A stretch of 58,234 nt of DNA from Chromera velia (GCA_018398765.1 JAHBMJ010000102.1:1-58234); one strand, 5' to 3'. Shown: positions 12,102-26,281, numbered from the stretch's first letter. A program made the numbers and translations. Notes: generated by a model from the sequence alone, not told the origin.

Positions 12102-15100
12102 CGGAGTAAGTGAAGTGAGCGAATGAGCCTGGTGTGAGTGCATGAGTGGGTGAGGCCCAGCGAGGTACGTCTCTTCAACGTCACACTCCCTCCTTCCCTC
12201 CTCCCTGTACTCCCTCCTCCTTGGTTTCATTCAGGTAAAATACTTCCATTGGGAGAACCAATTCGAGGAGAGGATCCTTGAACTCAGAAGTCTCGAATTG
12301 AAAGTGGGCACGTGGGTCCGGCGGGAGGGATCGAAGGGAAAGGAAGGGAAGGGTTGCCACAAGGATCACTTGCTTCTCTCAGCTAGATAGATGATCTTTG
12401 CAACTTTTTTTGTTTTGAAATCCGGTCGGTGCTGTTTGTCTGTTGGCCGTTGTTTTGCTGTGTTTGTGTATTCTTGGTCTTCGTCTTCAGACCGTCTGCT
12501 CCCCTGACGCGTTCGACCCTCTTCTATCCTTCTCATCTCGGCCTCGCTGTCTGCCTCAACCTCCCGGATGAGTGACTTGTTCTGTAATTGTGGCTTCACA
12601 GCAGTCAATTCATAAAGTTATGGGGTTCAACAGACGTTTCTTGTGGATCGTTTGATCCTTCCTTGATTACTCTCCGTGTGCAGCGTGTGCGGGCGTTCAC
12701 AGCGCTGTTTGCCGTCTCCGTGTGCACGCTGATCGTGTTTCCAATGCTGGGCATCGCTGTGGCCATCGCTGCGTATGCAGCCACAGGGGGGAAAGTGGAG
12801 GCTGCCCGCATCTTCTCGGCAGTCGCCTTCTTCACTCTCGTTAGGTCAGATGAGGAAGGGGGGGGGGTTGGGGAAGACTGGTGGGGTGTCCATCACGTGT
12901 GTGGAAAGGGGTGCGGCAAAGACGGAAAAGAAGGATATGGAATCGCGAACATCTTTGTGGTAAAAAATATAGGGACAGATGTACACAGAAGAAACAGACG
13001 AGACAAACAGACAGCTTGTAGTGATGCGACTGTCCTCTGTCGTTTTCGAAGAGAGTCACAGACAGACTCGCAGCAGGGCTGGTGCCTGTCTCTGGCCTGT
13101 GTTCTCATCCCGCCAAAGAATGAGCTTATTTGTCAAAATCAGTCATGTCCAACTTGGGGGAGGACGGTTGATTGGATGGACACTGCGACCTGCCGTCTGC
13201 CTTCCTCTCTTCCTTGTGGTATCACTTTGTTTGGTGTGCCGTCTTTCTGTCTGCCTTTTTCAGAGCGCAAAGGAGGCCGCGCAGGTTCGCAGGCAGCAGA
13301 GAGACATAGGAAAGATGAAAGAAACTCTGTTCTTCTCTCTGCCTGCCTGCAGATTTCCTCTAATGCAAATGGGGTCTGCTCTGTCTGCCCTTGTGAACGT
13401 TCTCGTTGCTCTGAGGTAGGTTCGGGGCTTTGGGGGGAAGAGTTTCTTTCCATCTCTTGACATTTGTCTGTACAGGCCGGGCGGGGCGGCGAATCTGGTT
13501 GAGATGTTTGTGCTGTCGTCTTCATTCCATCTTCACGTGCCGTCGTGCGAGTGATTTTGTCCTTGATGTGCATGCACAGCGCTGAAGGTGCAGTTTTGCT
13601 TTTCATCTTTTGTCCCCTGTAGTTTGATGACTCTCCGTCCTTGGTCTGCGTGAAAGAATAACAATGGATCGATGCGTGAGTGTGTGAGTGAGTGCAGACG
13701 CGTTCGCCGTTTCCTCTCTAAACCCGACAGAGAGGCGGTGCACCCCCCACCGATAGAAGGGGGGGGTGGGGGAGGGAAACTTCAACAGCCAGAAGGCAAG
13801 GAGAACGAAAAGGAGGACCTAGTTATTCGGTTGGATAGTTGCGTGTTGTCATACAGACAGAGTGAGAAGGAGAAGGAGAGCGAGTCAGAAGGCCAGGAAA
13901 AATCTCGAGAGTTACACGAGGGGGAAGAAAGGCACCCCCAAGGAGAAGGAGATGGGGGGGCTGCCGGTCATCTGATGGGAGCTTCTCCTTGTTCTTCCCC
14001 TACTTCTGTGTCCCCTCATGGGACCGTTCCTGTGTTGAAAGATGTTTCTTTGTCTGTAAGGAGGGGAGAGATTGTGGGCGTTTTGGGTCGTGTGGGGTCA
14101 GGGAAAACGTCTCTTTTGTTATCCATTCTTGGGGAGTTGCACAAAGAGGGGGGGAGTCTGAATGCGGAGAGGGAGGTGGCACTAGTCCCTCAAGAGGCAT
14201 GGATTTTGAACGATTCGGTGCGAGAGAACGTTCTGTTTGGTACGCCAATGGAGACAGAGAGATACGTGGAGGTCCTGAAAGCCTGCCAGCTGTTGCGGGA
14301 CCTGGATCAACTACAGGACGGGGACATGACTGTGATAGGAGAGAGGGGCATTACCCTATCTGGGGGGCAGAAACAAAGGTTCAGTCTTGCAAGGGCACTC
14401 TACTCGGGTCGCCAGCTGCTTTTGTTAGATGATTGCCTTGCGGCACTCGACGCTCACACTGCGCGCGCAGTGGCTGATGCTCTGTTTGCCCCTATTACAG
14501 GACTACTGCGACGTCGCCGCGCGACGGTAGTCCTTGCCAGCAGCCAGGCGCACCACTGTGCGCATGCGGATCGTCTGGTAGCTCTGTCAGTTGAGGGCAG
14601 GTTGACCAATGAGGCCAACGCCCAGGAGTTTGAATTCAAGCAGTCGGGAGGGGAGGGGGGGGAGAGGGCGCCTAGTAGAGGGCGTAGTGGGAGTGTGGGG
14701 GTAGAGAGGCAGAGGAAGCGGTCGGGGTCGGTTGGGGACGTTGGAGGAGAAAGGGAAAGACGCGCTCCTCCGGATAGAGAGAGGCAGACTCAAAATCGGC
14801 AGATTGCCCTCGAGCGTGTGGTCTCGTCTGCGATTAGTGAGGTGTCATGGGATGCTGGGGGGAGGAGAGGCTCTCTTTTGCATGGAAGGGATGTGTCGGG
14901 ACAGAGCGCTTTTCCGGGGCCGTCTGCGGGTGAGTGTTTGGGCGGACAACAACCAGGGGGGTGTGTGCTGCAGACGAGTCACTTCAGTCCTCCCATGCGG
15001 CAGGTGTCGCTGTCGTCTGAGCATTCGAACACGAAGACTTTGTCGCATGGGGTGAAGAGGGGAGGGTTGGAGTTTTCTGAAGAGGAGACGGCGAAGGCAT

Positions 15101-16791
15101 TGAGTTTGCGTCTTGAAGAAGAAGGGAAGAGAAGGGGAAAGGTGCGGCGAGGGGAAGGAGAGGAGGAGATTGAGAAGAGTGGGAAAAGTTTGATGACTGT
15201 AGAGAATGTGGACAGTGAGGGCATAGGTGTGGGTCTCTTTTTTCGTTATTTAAACTCCGCTGGGAGTCCTTTTTTAGTTTTCAACTCTCTTTTTTGGCTT
15301 GTAGTGGAACGTTGTCTGTATCTCTCTGGAGACTTTTGGCTCTCCTTTTGGACCTCTGAGGATCCAGAAGGGAAGCGACTGCCGTTGTTTCTGTCGGTGT
15401 ACTGCGGAATCTATGGGGTCAATACGGTGGCGGTATTCTTGAGGTGAGTGGGTTTGTCCTTATGCAGAGAAACATATTCTTGGTTGCATTTGGTTCTGTC
15501 GTCCTCGTGCAGGATCTTGGGAGGAGGGACGCAGGGAAGGCCGTCAATCAGTTTTATCTCCTATTGTTTGTGTCTGTCTATTTGTTTTCCAGACGTACCG
15601 GGAAAAAGAAACGCAGAGATAAAGACAAAAACCTGGCATGGCAACAGGGTGTGAGGAGAAGAAGGAAAAATGAATTGATTATCCAAATTTGAGGAGAAAT
15701 GGCGGCTGAGAGGAATGCACGGGACTTATCGATCTTGCTTTTGCTTGCTTGCAGGTCCATTTGTTTCACGATCATCGCTGTGAGGGCCTCACGTTCCCTT
15801 TTCCGCTCTCTCATCGGGTGCCTACTCAGAGCCCCGCAGGCTTTCTACGACACCACACCCATTGGTGAGGGGGGAGGGGAGTGGGGTGCATCGGGACGGT
15901 TCCTGGACGATATTTTTCTTTTCATTCAGAGAGAAGGGCAAAGTATGACGTCCAGGAGCATCGCCATTCAGCTGCCAATGTATCTCCGTGCATCTAGGGT
16001 GCCACTGCCTCTGTCTTTCTCTCTGCCAAACTGACTGCAATCGCAGTATGTCTCTCTTCTTCCTCTTTCCCTCTGTCACACATATACACTCCCTCACTCC
16101 TCCGTCTGCTCCGTCTTTCTTCGTGACTCTATAAGCCATTTTTGCCGGCATGTGTGCGCGCAAAAAGCGGATTCAACAAATGAACAAAGAAACCCAACAA
16201 CACTGCAGGGCGTCTCGTTGCTCGCGTCTCCTTTGACACCGAGATGGTGGACGTTGTGCTGGTCACCAAGATGCTGCCTTATATCGCCTCGCTCTTTTGG
16301 GTGGGTGGATGGAGGGTTCTCTTTTCTTTGTGTTTGTGTGTCCAGTCTCTCGGTCTGTCTTTTGCTTTTCCACTGCCTTTCTACTTTTTTATCTGCCCGC
16401 CTCTGCATCTTTGCCTCTCCCCTCTCCATTTCTTTCTCTCGTTCTTGTTCGTGTGTGTGATAGAGATAGTGGCAGATCTCCAGTAGACAAAACAAAAGAA
16501 TATGCAAATCCATGAGTGAATCAGCAATCGAACCAGTCCGTGCATGCATCCATCCTTCACTTCAATTCTCCTTCCCTCCCTCCCTCTCTTCTGCATCCAC
16601 GCCTGCAGATGGTCTCTGGGTTCGCTGTGATTGCGTACACCCTCTTTCCCTGGGGGTTCCTGGCCCTTGTGCCTGCCTTTGGGGCCTATTTGTTTCTCTT
16701 CCAGACCGCCAGAAAGTCCATACAGCAACTCCAAACGTCAGCTGGTAGCAGCAGGCTTAAGTGAGAGGCTGATCTCAGTTCCTTTCTTTCG

Positions 16792-16830
<39 letters not shown>

Positions 16831-18263
16831 AATTCCTTTCCCTGATTGTTCCTAGGGGACGAACGAACGCGGATTCTTTACCTCCCATCCCCTCATCACT
16901 CTTTCCTTCCTGTGCCTCCCTCCCTCCCTTCCCCTTCTGCCTGCAGATTTGACAGCGCCTCCAGGTCCCCCCTCCAGTCCCATGTGGGGGAGGCTCTCCA
17001 GGGCGTTGTGTCTGTGAGGGCCTACGGGGTCGAGGAGCGGTTCATCAAAAAGTGTGAGAGACTGACGGATGAGACCTCCAAGGTCGGTCGGTGAGGGAAG
17101 GCAGAGAGGCCGGGGGGCATGTCTTCTGCTTGTATGACTTTGATGAGAGAATGACGGACGAGACAGGGGAGATCCGTCAGAGGAAGAGCGACAGGCAGCA
17201 CGTGTAAGGAAAAGAGAGGAGAGACTGCAGGAGCTCGAATGAACTTCGGCATTTCCTTGCGGGATAGAGATGATCGGTGTATGATTGGACAGAGGGCTGC
17301 GTGATTGGACGATGAGTGGGTGGGTGGGGGCACGAGTGAGTGTGCGAATCGACGTTCATAAGTATGAATCAGTGTTCATGCGGTGATGTATGTATGGATG
17401 GATGAATGAACAGAAGATGGAATCTGTGCATGCAGTTTATCTTCGCGTTCAACTCTGCGAACCGATGGCTGGGAGCTCGCACGGAGGCTTTGGGGGCTTT
17501 CTTGACTTTCTCTGCCGCCCTGTTTTCCTGGATCCTTCGCGACACCATCACGGGAGGTCTGTCTGTCTGTCTCTCTGTCTGTTCGTTTCTCCTGCTTCTT
17601 TTTCTCTTGTTTCTTTGTTTGGTCTTCTGCTGAACTCGACCAGACACTATTATGGGAGGGTCTTTCGTCGTCTCTTTGTTTTCTCTCCTGCATGCTCAGG
17701 GGGGTGAGTTGTTTTCTTGCCTCAAAAAAGACTTCGGACGGATTTCTCGGCAAGTTCGCATCCTCCTATCAACTGGTCTGCATGTCCCTCCTCCGTGAAT
17801 TGGCGGGTGTATTCCTTCCAGCTTGTACAACTCATCATTCACATTCACCGAACTCTCTCTCTCTCTCTTTTTTTCTGTGTCCTTCCCTCCCTCCCTCCCT
17901 CCCTCCCTGCAAGCAGGCAACGTCGGATTTGTGCTGATTTGGTCTATTAATTTGACTCTGAGTCTGAACTTCTTCTGCACCTACGGGAGTCAATTTGAGG
18001 CCAGCATGACGTCTGTCAAAAGGATCTTCGAATACTCAGAGGTCAGCAGTCGGGCAGATAGATCCGTTGGGGGTCTAGTCGTTCACCATCATCCATCCTC
18101 ATTGGTTTCTGCAGTTTAAAAAAAAAATCATTCCATTCCAATCGAGCAGCGAGAAGTCTTCTCTCTGTGCGTCCTGGAGGGCCCCCCTCTGACCCCTTCT
18201 CTCTCGGCGGTGCCCCCGACTCCCTCCCTCCCTCACACGCCCCCTCACGCCCTTACTTCTTAC

Positions 18264-18300
<37 letters not shown>

Positions 18301-21300
18301 CTCTCTCTCTGCATGCCCTTTGTTTCTTTCTTCCTTCCTGCAGGTTCCCTCCGAGATGGGCTTTCACCGCCAATACCTGGCCCCTTCAAGGGAAAAGGGG
18401 AAGGACAAAGCCGACAGAGACGGAGAAGGAGACGGAGATGCATCACCAGAGGGAAGAGGGGGGGCTGAGGCTTCAGGCGAACCGGAGAACAAGACGCAGA
18501 GAGAGAGACCTGGAAGGCCTCTGCAGAGTGGAAGAAACAAAGGAGGGAGCGTGAGTAATTCAGCAGACGCCATGGCTTCCTCATCAAATTTGAGGCCCAA
18601 AATTCCGACACCAGAGTGGCCCTGCTCGGGGGACCTGGAGCTCCGAGGTGTGAATCTGAGATATCGGTAGGTTGTTTGGCTGATTGACTAGTAGGTTTGC
18701 TCATCTATCTGTGTTTTTGCTTTCACTCGGGTCCCCTGGGAGTGAGAGAGAGGGGAGGGGGAGGCCGTTGACGGCTGCATGGGCTCTTGGGCGGGTTTCT
18801 TTTTTCACTGTGTTCTATCAAAAGGCAATTAAGTAACTCTGCATGTGAAGGGGCTCCCATGCAGTGTGTGCGTGTGTGTGCGTGTCTGTACGTACATTGA
18901 GGCTCGACATTCTTCGGCTGCCGTTTCCTCTCAGAGATTTCTATTCTACCGCTGTATGCTTGTGTTTTTTTGTCCCCCCCCCCTTTTCCTTTGCTTCCAG
19001 AGACGGGCTTCCGCGTGCGTTGAGGGGCCTGACGTGTAAGATCAGGGGAGGGGAGCGTGTCGCTGTGGTGGGAAGGACTGGGGCAGGGAAGTCTTCTATG
19101 GCGGTGGCGTTGTTTCGTTTGGTGGAGCCGTGGAGTGAAGTCACAGGAGGGGGGGGTGTCCTTTTGGACGGGGAGGAGCTGTCGTGTTTGGATTTTTCGG
19201 CAGTAAGGGGGAAGAGGGGGGGCATGTGCATCGTCACTCAGGACCCTGTGCTGTTCTCTGGAGTGGTGAGGTCGAATTTGGATCCATTCGGGGAGGCAGA
19301 GGACACAGAGGTCTGGAGGGCCCTGCAGGAAGTCCAAATGGCAGAATCGGTAGGGGGGGNGGGGGGGGGGTTAGTTTTTCTGTCTGTGCATGCATGGAGT
19401 TGTGGATCTCTCTGTTCTGTTTTTCTTTGCTCAACAGTTGCAATCCAGATTTCCTTTTGTTTCTTCGACCCAAAGTGGTCTTTCTGTCTCCCTCCCTGTC
19501 CTCCTCCGTGTGTGTGTTAGCGTGCGAGTGCTCTTGGGTTTCACACGTGTTTGTCTCCCGTCTCTCTCTCTCTCTCGTTCCAATCGAAAGTCTCCCTTCT
19601 CCTCTTGTTGGTGGCCCTATGTCTTTCTGCTTCTCGTTTGCAGCTTCTGAGGATGGCGGGAGTCCGAGGGGGAGGAGGAGACAGTCAGAGTCCGACAGGG
19701 CAACTTAGAGGGGAGGGAGAGAGGGAAGGGGAACAGGGAGAGGGTGACAAAAAAGGGGAGATTCAGATTCAGAGTGCGCGTCTGAGCCTGAGGGAGAAGA
19801 GCAACAGGGAGAATGTCTCCAACGAAAGGGCGTCTGGAGTTTCTGTCGGGGGGATCTTGGAAGGGAAGTCTGAAGAGGCCGGAAAGAAGACGCCGCCATT
19901 GGATTCATCAGAAAAGGAACAGGGGCAAAAGACGACGATCCGCTTTGAGAACGTCGAAGTATCCGAAAGAGAAAACAGAGTTGCACTTGGTGTTGCAGAA
20001 AACGCTCTGAGCCCTTCATCTCCCGCAGTGACCACTCTGATGGATATTGACTCGGCTCTGCACCTTCCTGTGGAGGAGGGGGGGCTCAATTTCTCTTTGG
20101 GGGAGCGGCAGCTGCTCTGTCTGGCGAGGTGAGCTGAGTCGGTGGGAGCTGGGAGGGATGCGCTGGTCAATTCATTCGATTCCCTCCATGCAGGGAGAGT
20201 GGGGAGGGATGAGGAGAGGAATATGTTATTGCGTCTCTGGTTCCGTTCCTGTTGTTTGTACTTGGAGAGACGAGGAAGCCAGAAGCATTTTTATATGCAA
20301 TCCTCATTTTTGCCTTGTGTGTGTTTTTCTCTACTCATTGATCGATTGATACCCTTCTTCCTCGCATTCTTTCCCTGCATGTACACCCTCCACTATTCCT
20401 CTGCTAGCTCCTCTGAGCAAGGAGGCTGCATGCCTCCCTGAAGCAAACCACAAGGCAGACAAAGAACAGATACTCATCGTCTGTCTCTCTCTCTGCATTC
20501 ATGCATTCATGCATGCAGGGCGATTCTTCGGAAGCCCCGCGTCCTGGTGCTGGACGAGGCCACGGCCTCTGTGGACACGGCGACGGACGAGAAGGTCCAG
20601 GCGGCGGTACGTGGGTCTGTCTGCATGGACATCTATCTAGGCACACAGATAGATTCGCTCTCTCTCTCTCTCTCTCTCTCTGCCTCTATGTGTGTGTGTG
20701 TGTTTGTCGTGAGAGAAAGAGGGAGACCGAGGCATGTAGGGAAGGAGAAGAGACTCTATCAAAGCAATTACTCCCTCCGCGTTTTCCCTCCTTATGCACT
20801 TTCCCTTCTATTTACCTGCATGCATGCATTCCTGCATGAACTGTCGGAAACAGAGGAGACGGGAATATTAAAAATCGAGACAAGTTCTGAAGGGGGTCCC
20901 TTTCTTTTGCTTTCAAAGAAGCCAACACACGAATGCACATCAAGCAATCAATGAAACGGAATTGCCCCCTGCTTGATTGTTTGATTGCAGATCCGCACAG
21001 CCCCCTCTCTGAAAGGCACTAGCCTCCTCACGATCGCTCACAGACTGCAAACAATTGCAGATTACGACAAGGTCAGTCAGCTCAGGGCTGTCCAGTCAGT
21101 GCGTGCGTGTGTCAGCCGGTCAATGAAGAAATCAAGGGAGTGGTGTAAAAAGACAAAATCTGTCTCTCCTTCTGTCGATACGATGCTTCGTTCTCTCGAC
21201 CGTGCTTGAACGAACGAGAGATGAGGTCTGAAAATCCGTCTCGTGAGAAAGTCACACAACAACGGAAGGAAGGAAACAGAACCGAGTCGCGTTTTCATGC

Positions 21301-21704
21301 ATGCATCCATGCGTGTGGCTTTCTTTGCCAATCTGAGGCCGCTTCTCAATGTACAGCAGGGCCATCGTGGGCTTGGGCACGATGAATGCGTCAAAGAAGA
21401 AAGCGGAAGGCAACGGAGACGACCGAATGAAAAAATCACATCAATTTACTGACGGAAACAAAGAACGTTCGCATGATGTCTCGTCCATGTTGTGTCTGAA
21501 TGAGTGTTTGTTTGCATCCATTCAGGTGATGTGCCTCGACGGAGGGGCGTTGGTTGAGTTTGGGAGTCCCCATGAGTTGCTGCAGAGGGGGGGGGAGGGG
21601 GCGGGAGGGGAAGACCCGAAGAAGGTGAAGAAAGGTGAGTAGGACACGGCCTTTGTGTAAGAATGAGAATGGGTTGAAATGAGAGTTGTTTCAAACATGC
21701 GTCC

Positions 21705-21737
<33 letters not shown>

Positions 21738-22188
21738 TGTGTATGTGTGTGTGTGTGTGTTTGTGTGAAAGAGAGACAGAGAGTTGTTCACTCACCATCC
21801 TTTCTTTTGCTCGATTTTTTTTTTCTTCTTCTTCTTCTTGAAGGAAAGCTGCGTTCCTCTCGTCTCATGACCACTCGAGTCGACTGGTCAGATTGGAGTG
21901 TCACTCTTTTTTTTTGTCAGCGGGTTATTTGTGCGGGCCGACATCTAGTTCTTCTCTGTGGTTCACTTCTTCTCTCCTGCCCCGGCTGTATGCATGCCTT
22001 CAGGCGTGGGGGCGTTCGCGCGTCTGGTGGATGCGTCGGGTCCTGTGGTGGCGGCGCTCGTGCGCGCAGCTGCCCGTCAACGCGCCGCCACAACAGCCAG
22101 CACTGCCGTCCCTCAGTTTGCCTCTTCCTCCTCTTCCCGTCCGCCTGCCGGGATGTCATCTGGATTGTTGGAGTTCTCTCCAGAGTGA
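9200..22188 (+). CDS. ABC transporter subfamily C (MRP-like, TMD1-NBD1-TMD2-NBD2), about 20+ exons
   Basis: NBD1: GRVGSGKT, LSGGQKQR, LLLDD (13698-15443 exon). TMD2 exons include FYDTTPIGR and SRSPLQSHVGEALQG. NBD2: WPCSGDLE, GRTGAGKSS, NFSLGERQLLCLAR, LDEATASVD, TIAHRL. The last exon (GAFARLV) ends at 22188. The start codon and first exons are uncertain. Confidence 0.93.
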
Positions 22189-22656
22189 TGGAAGGCTCAC
22201 TCGGGTCTTTTTCCTTTTCTTTTTTTCTCTTTCAATCTCTGAGTGGTGTAGGTCTAGACTGTCTCGTAATTCAGCAAGTGTCTCTCTTGAGTTCAAGTCT
22301 GTCCAGAGTGAAGCAAAAGACAAAAGCAGTAGCCCGCCTATCGAGGGACATGCAGAAGGCGGCAAGAAAGTCTTTGTCCGACAGACAGCCTTTTGGAGGA
22401 GAGGAGGACGATGGAACAAAGCCGAGGGGGACAGCTGTTTGTCCTTTTGAGAGACTCCCTCTCTCTCTCTCTCTCTCTCTCCCTTTTTTTTCTTTCCTTT
22501 TGCACGGCCTCTGAACAAACTCGTGAGTGCGTATGAGCAGTGGGATCGATCAGGCGGAGCTGAATAATCATCGAATGACCCTAGTAGGTGAGAACGAATG
22601 AGAAGAGTTGCAGAAGTGTGTGCATTGATGCTGTACAGAGAGAGAAAGCGAAAGAC

Positions 22657-22691
<35 letters not shown>

Positions 22692-22692
22692 C

Positions 22693-22737
<45 letters not shown>

Positions 22738-23972
22738 GAACAAAAGGGGGGGGTTGAAAGGCGATGGGAGAGAGACGTGCTTCGTGACCACGTTCGGGTG
22801 CGCCTGTGCAAAGGTCTGTTGGAGATAAGAGATTGAGAATTCAAAGAAGAAGTTAATTGAGTCTCCGGAAGAAGATCGAGCTGCATGTGGAATGGAGAGA
22901 AAAGGGCTTCAAAGAGCTAGAGAAGGAGAGGCATAGAGTCAGCATTGTAACTCAATCTCGCTGCTCACTAGAACTAGCACTACAAAAAGAAAGTCAAAAC
23001 GCGGATGATGGGCCGGATCGATACTATAGATTCTAGATAGATTCAATATATGATAAAATGACCTAAACTAGGACCTAAAAGCTATAGTTGGCCTATATTA
23101 TAATTAACTGGGCCCAAAAATGACTGTATGAATATTATTATGTATTAGACCGTAAGCGTAATACGAGACGCAACGATATGTTTAACAAATTAACATGCAA
23201 CGCTTTAGCAAATGCGGAACATCTAGTAACATGCAAGTATGTCACTGTCAGTTTCTGCTAGTGTGTCTCAAAATTTGTACCGCCTCTAGTATAGCCTCCG
23301 TTATCAACCCGTTTAACTTAACCCGCTAGTTAACCCGTCTAGCTGGATAACCCATCTACCTTGACATAACTCTAGAGATAATATAATTTTTAAATTTTAA
23401 CTTGAAGTTGCTATTGCAGCTACTATAAGCTAGCACAATACTTAATGATATTACTAGTGATATTATTATTGTGATGACTCATACAACCACTCTAATGTAG
23501 ACTATATGCTAGACTATATGCTCATAAAAGTCACAGTAATTTGTTTTATCCGTATAGAAATTACTACACAAATTATGTAACAAATCTTAGTACAACATAA
23601 TAGAACAATATATAAGAAAGCACAGCCTAAAGCGCAGCTCTCGACAAACGAGAAATAATGTGTTTTCTCCTATAGATCGTTTTTTATGATGATATATTTT
23701 TTTGAATCAAACTAGGAATTACATAGCACGTACAGCATTGATGTTCCGGGTTTTGCCCGAAGTCCACTGCGGGAGGTGGGCTTAGATAAAATCATGCAAA
23801 AATGTGCACAGACTTATGTATAGTTATATTGTATTTCCCCCTTCCCCTTTCCCCTCTTCTTCTTTGCCACAATCTTCCTCATACTGCTATCTTATTCAGT
23901 GCCCTGCCCCCTCCCTTTCCACTTCGTCTTCATTGTCAGACCCCCAGAAAGACTCTCCAGATTCGTCCTCCT

Positions 23973-25064
23973 CTATGCCATCGGATCTTGGTGTACCTTC
24001 TCCCCCTCATACCATTCTTCTTCCTTCACTGGCGAGTGCTCCTCCTTCTTCCTCTGCCCCCCTTCTACCTTCTCATCAGGACTCCTCTTCATCTCCCCCT
24101 TTTCCTCCATTTTCACTTTCACGTCCTTCTTGTCCTCTGTATGTATACACACAGACGCAGACGCAGAGAGAGACCGTGCCCGTCTCTTCTGCTTAGACCC
24201 CAGTCCTCTGTCCCTATGCAAAGACGCGAAGAAAGCGTTGCCGTGACGCCCCTTCTTGTTGTTTGAAAAGCTCGAGTCATCTCCGTCCTCATCGTCGGAG
24301 GGTGCATCATCCCCCCCCCCCCCCNNNNCTCCTCCTCCGCCTTCGTTAGGATGGGACTTGGTTTCACTCCTTACCCTTCCCTCTGCAGCAGGGACCCCTT
24401 CTTTTCCCCTCTCCCCCGTCTTGCTCTTCTTCACGAAGGCCAGAAGGCATCCCCGAAAGAACGCCCCAGGAGGCGGACGCGGAAGTCCAAGAGTCCCCCA
24501 ACTGACCGGACTCTCTTTCAGTTCTTTTTCCTTTCCTCCTTCTTTCCCTCTCCCTTCCACAGATTCGGTCGGAGAGTCAGAAAGGGAGAAGGAGGAGAGG
24601 CCTGCATGGGAACCAGTCGTGCTCGTGCTTGCACACACAGGCACAGACGAAGAAGAATGAGAGCTGGAGTTCTTGTTATACTCAGACCCGGTTTGAAATT
24701 CCTTCCCCCTCTCCCCCCACAAGAAGTTTTCCATGGACAAAGGGTTTAAATGGAACAACACCGACCTCTCCTGATCTTTTTTGTTCATCACTGGACCCAT
24801 GGCGCTATTTGGATTTCCTCTTTTTCGTTTCTCCCCTACAACCTCGGAGTCCTCCTGTTCTTCTTCCTCCACTTCCTCTACACTCTTTGTCCCCCTCTCC
24901 TCAAATGACCTCTTACTGAAAACTGAAGTTGAGAGGTCTCTTATCAGACACGCATACGCCCTCTCGACCGCACTCACAGGAATGTCACAACGTTGGTAGG
25001 GCTTCATAATGAGGTCCAGCAAGAACCTTTTTGTCGTTTTTTCTGCAACTACTCGACTGGCCAT
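23973..25064 (-). CDS. Hypothetical low-complexity, charged protein (probably a large exon of a spliced gene)
   Basis: 363-aa ORF that stays open about 130 nt further upstream. E/K/S-rich, with no recognisable domain; contains a short N run. Confidence 0.45.
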   Translation of the reverse strand: MASRVVAEKTTKRFLLDLIMKPYQRCDIPVSAVERAYACLIRDLSTSVFSKRSFEERGTKSVEEVEEEEQEDSEVVGEKRKRGNPNSAMGPVMNKKDQERSVLFHLNPLSMENFLWGERGKEFQTGSEYNKNSSSHSSSSVPVCASTSTTGSHAGLSSFSLSDSPTESVEGRGKEGGKEKELKESPVSWGTLGLPRPPPGAFFRGCLLAFVKKSKTGERGKEGVPAAEGRVRSETKSHPNEGGGGXXGGGGDDAPSDDEDGDDSSFSNNKKGRHGNAFFASLHRDRGLGSKQKRRARSLSASASVCIHTEDKKDVKVKMEEKGEMKRSPDEKVEGGQRKKEEHSPVKEEEWYEGEKVHQDPMA

Positions 25065-26182
25065 GTGAGTCGCATCAACCGGACTCTCTAGATCTCCTCT
25101 GTCCCCCTCTCTCTCTTTCTTCTCAAGCTCTGCCAGTTCCGCCTTTGCCTTGAGGTTTATAGCCCCGCCAAAGCTACTTTTTGTCAGTAGGGAAGATCAC
25201 TGCGGCTCAGGCTTTGCCGGTGAGTCGATCAGTCTGTTGGACGTCTGTCTAGAGCCTTTTTTGACATCCACAGCACTTCAAACTTTGATGCTTCCCCGTG
25301 TCTGTGCTTAATACCTGCAGACACATATACATACACAAGTCCAAGTTCTGAGGAACTCTGCTTTAGGAAGGCAATGGTCAGTGCAGAAGGAGACGGAGAG
25401 AGACGGCAAAGAAGCCACCCGACAGTCGTGCATAGAGTCATGTAGGTCACAAAGTTGGAGTGAAGCAGAGCCTCTGAGGGTGTCAAAGTGATCAGCAGAC
25501 ATCTTAGAGAGTATACACTTTCGTTTTCCAAACATCTTTAAACATGATAGTACTTAAGAATGCAAAAACAAAGTCAGAGGCGGGAAAGTCGGGAAAAAAG
25601 TCGGAGCATGGCCTGTCGGGTTGCCTCCTTTGCAGGGGATCTCTCACTTGTCGTTCGCCCTCTGGCCTTGCTTGTGTTGGTGTGCTGCAGGGGTAACAGG
25701 ACATGCAAGGGTAGGACCGGAAGCGCCTTCGTCCTGTGGTAGAGAGGTCAGTCGGAAGGGAGATGGCCAGGGAGCTCAGTGATGCTCACAGCCGGACAGG
25801 CAGACACATAAGTTCAACTGGAAGACCGCCAGACAAGTTGACTCAAAACCGCCCACAGACATCTTCATGCGTCTTCGTTTCATTTTTTGACCCTTAAAAC
25901 GCATCTCTATAGAGCCAAAGATCATCACGATATTGACTGACCATGTCTGCTATTGTATCTTCATTGATGGCTAGCATTGATGGCCTCCGGTCATCTTTTT
26001 ACTGTATGCACGCGTTATGCGTGCAGGCAGAGGAGGACAGGAAGAAACAGAAGAAGATGAAAGGAACTCAACAGGCAGATGCACGACGTAGAGAAGGGCA
26101 CAGTAAGTACAGAGCGACTTGGACATGGCGGGAATGGCAGAAGAAAACGGAGACGGCTGGAGACGGCAAAGATTGGACTCGT

Positions 26183-26184
<2 letters not shown>

Positions 26185-26223
<39 letters not shown>

Positions 26224-26281
26224 GTCTCTCTCTACACGTGAAGATGTTTATGCGCTGTATGTGTGTCTCTGTATATATGTA

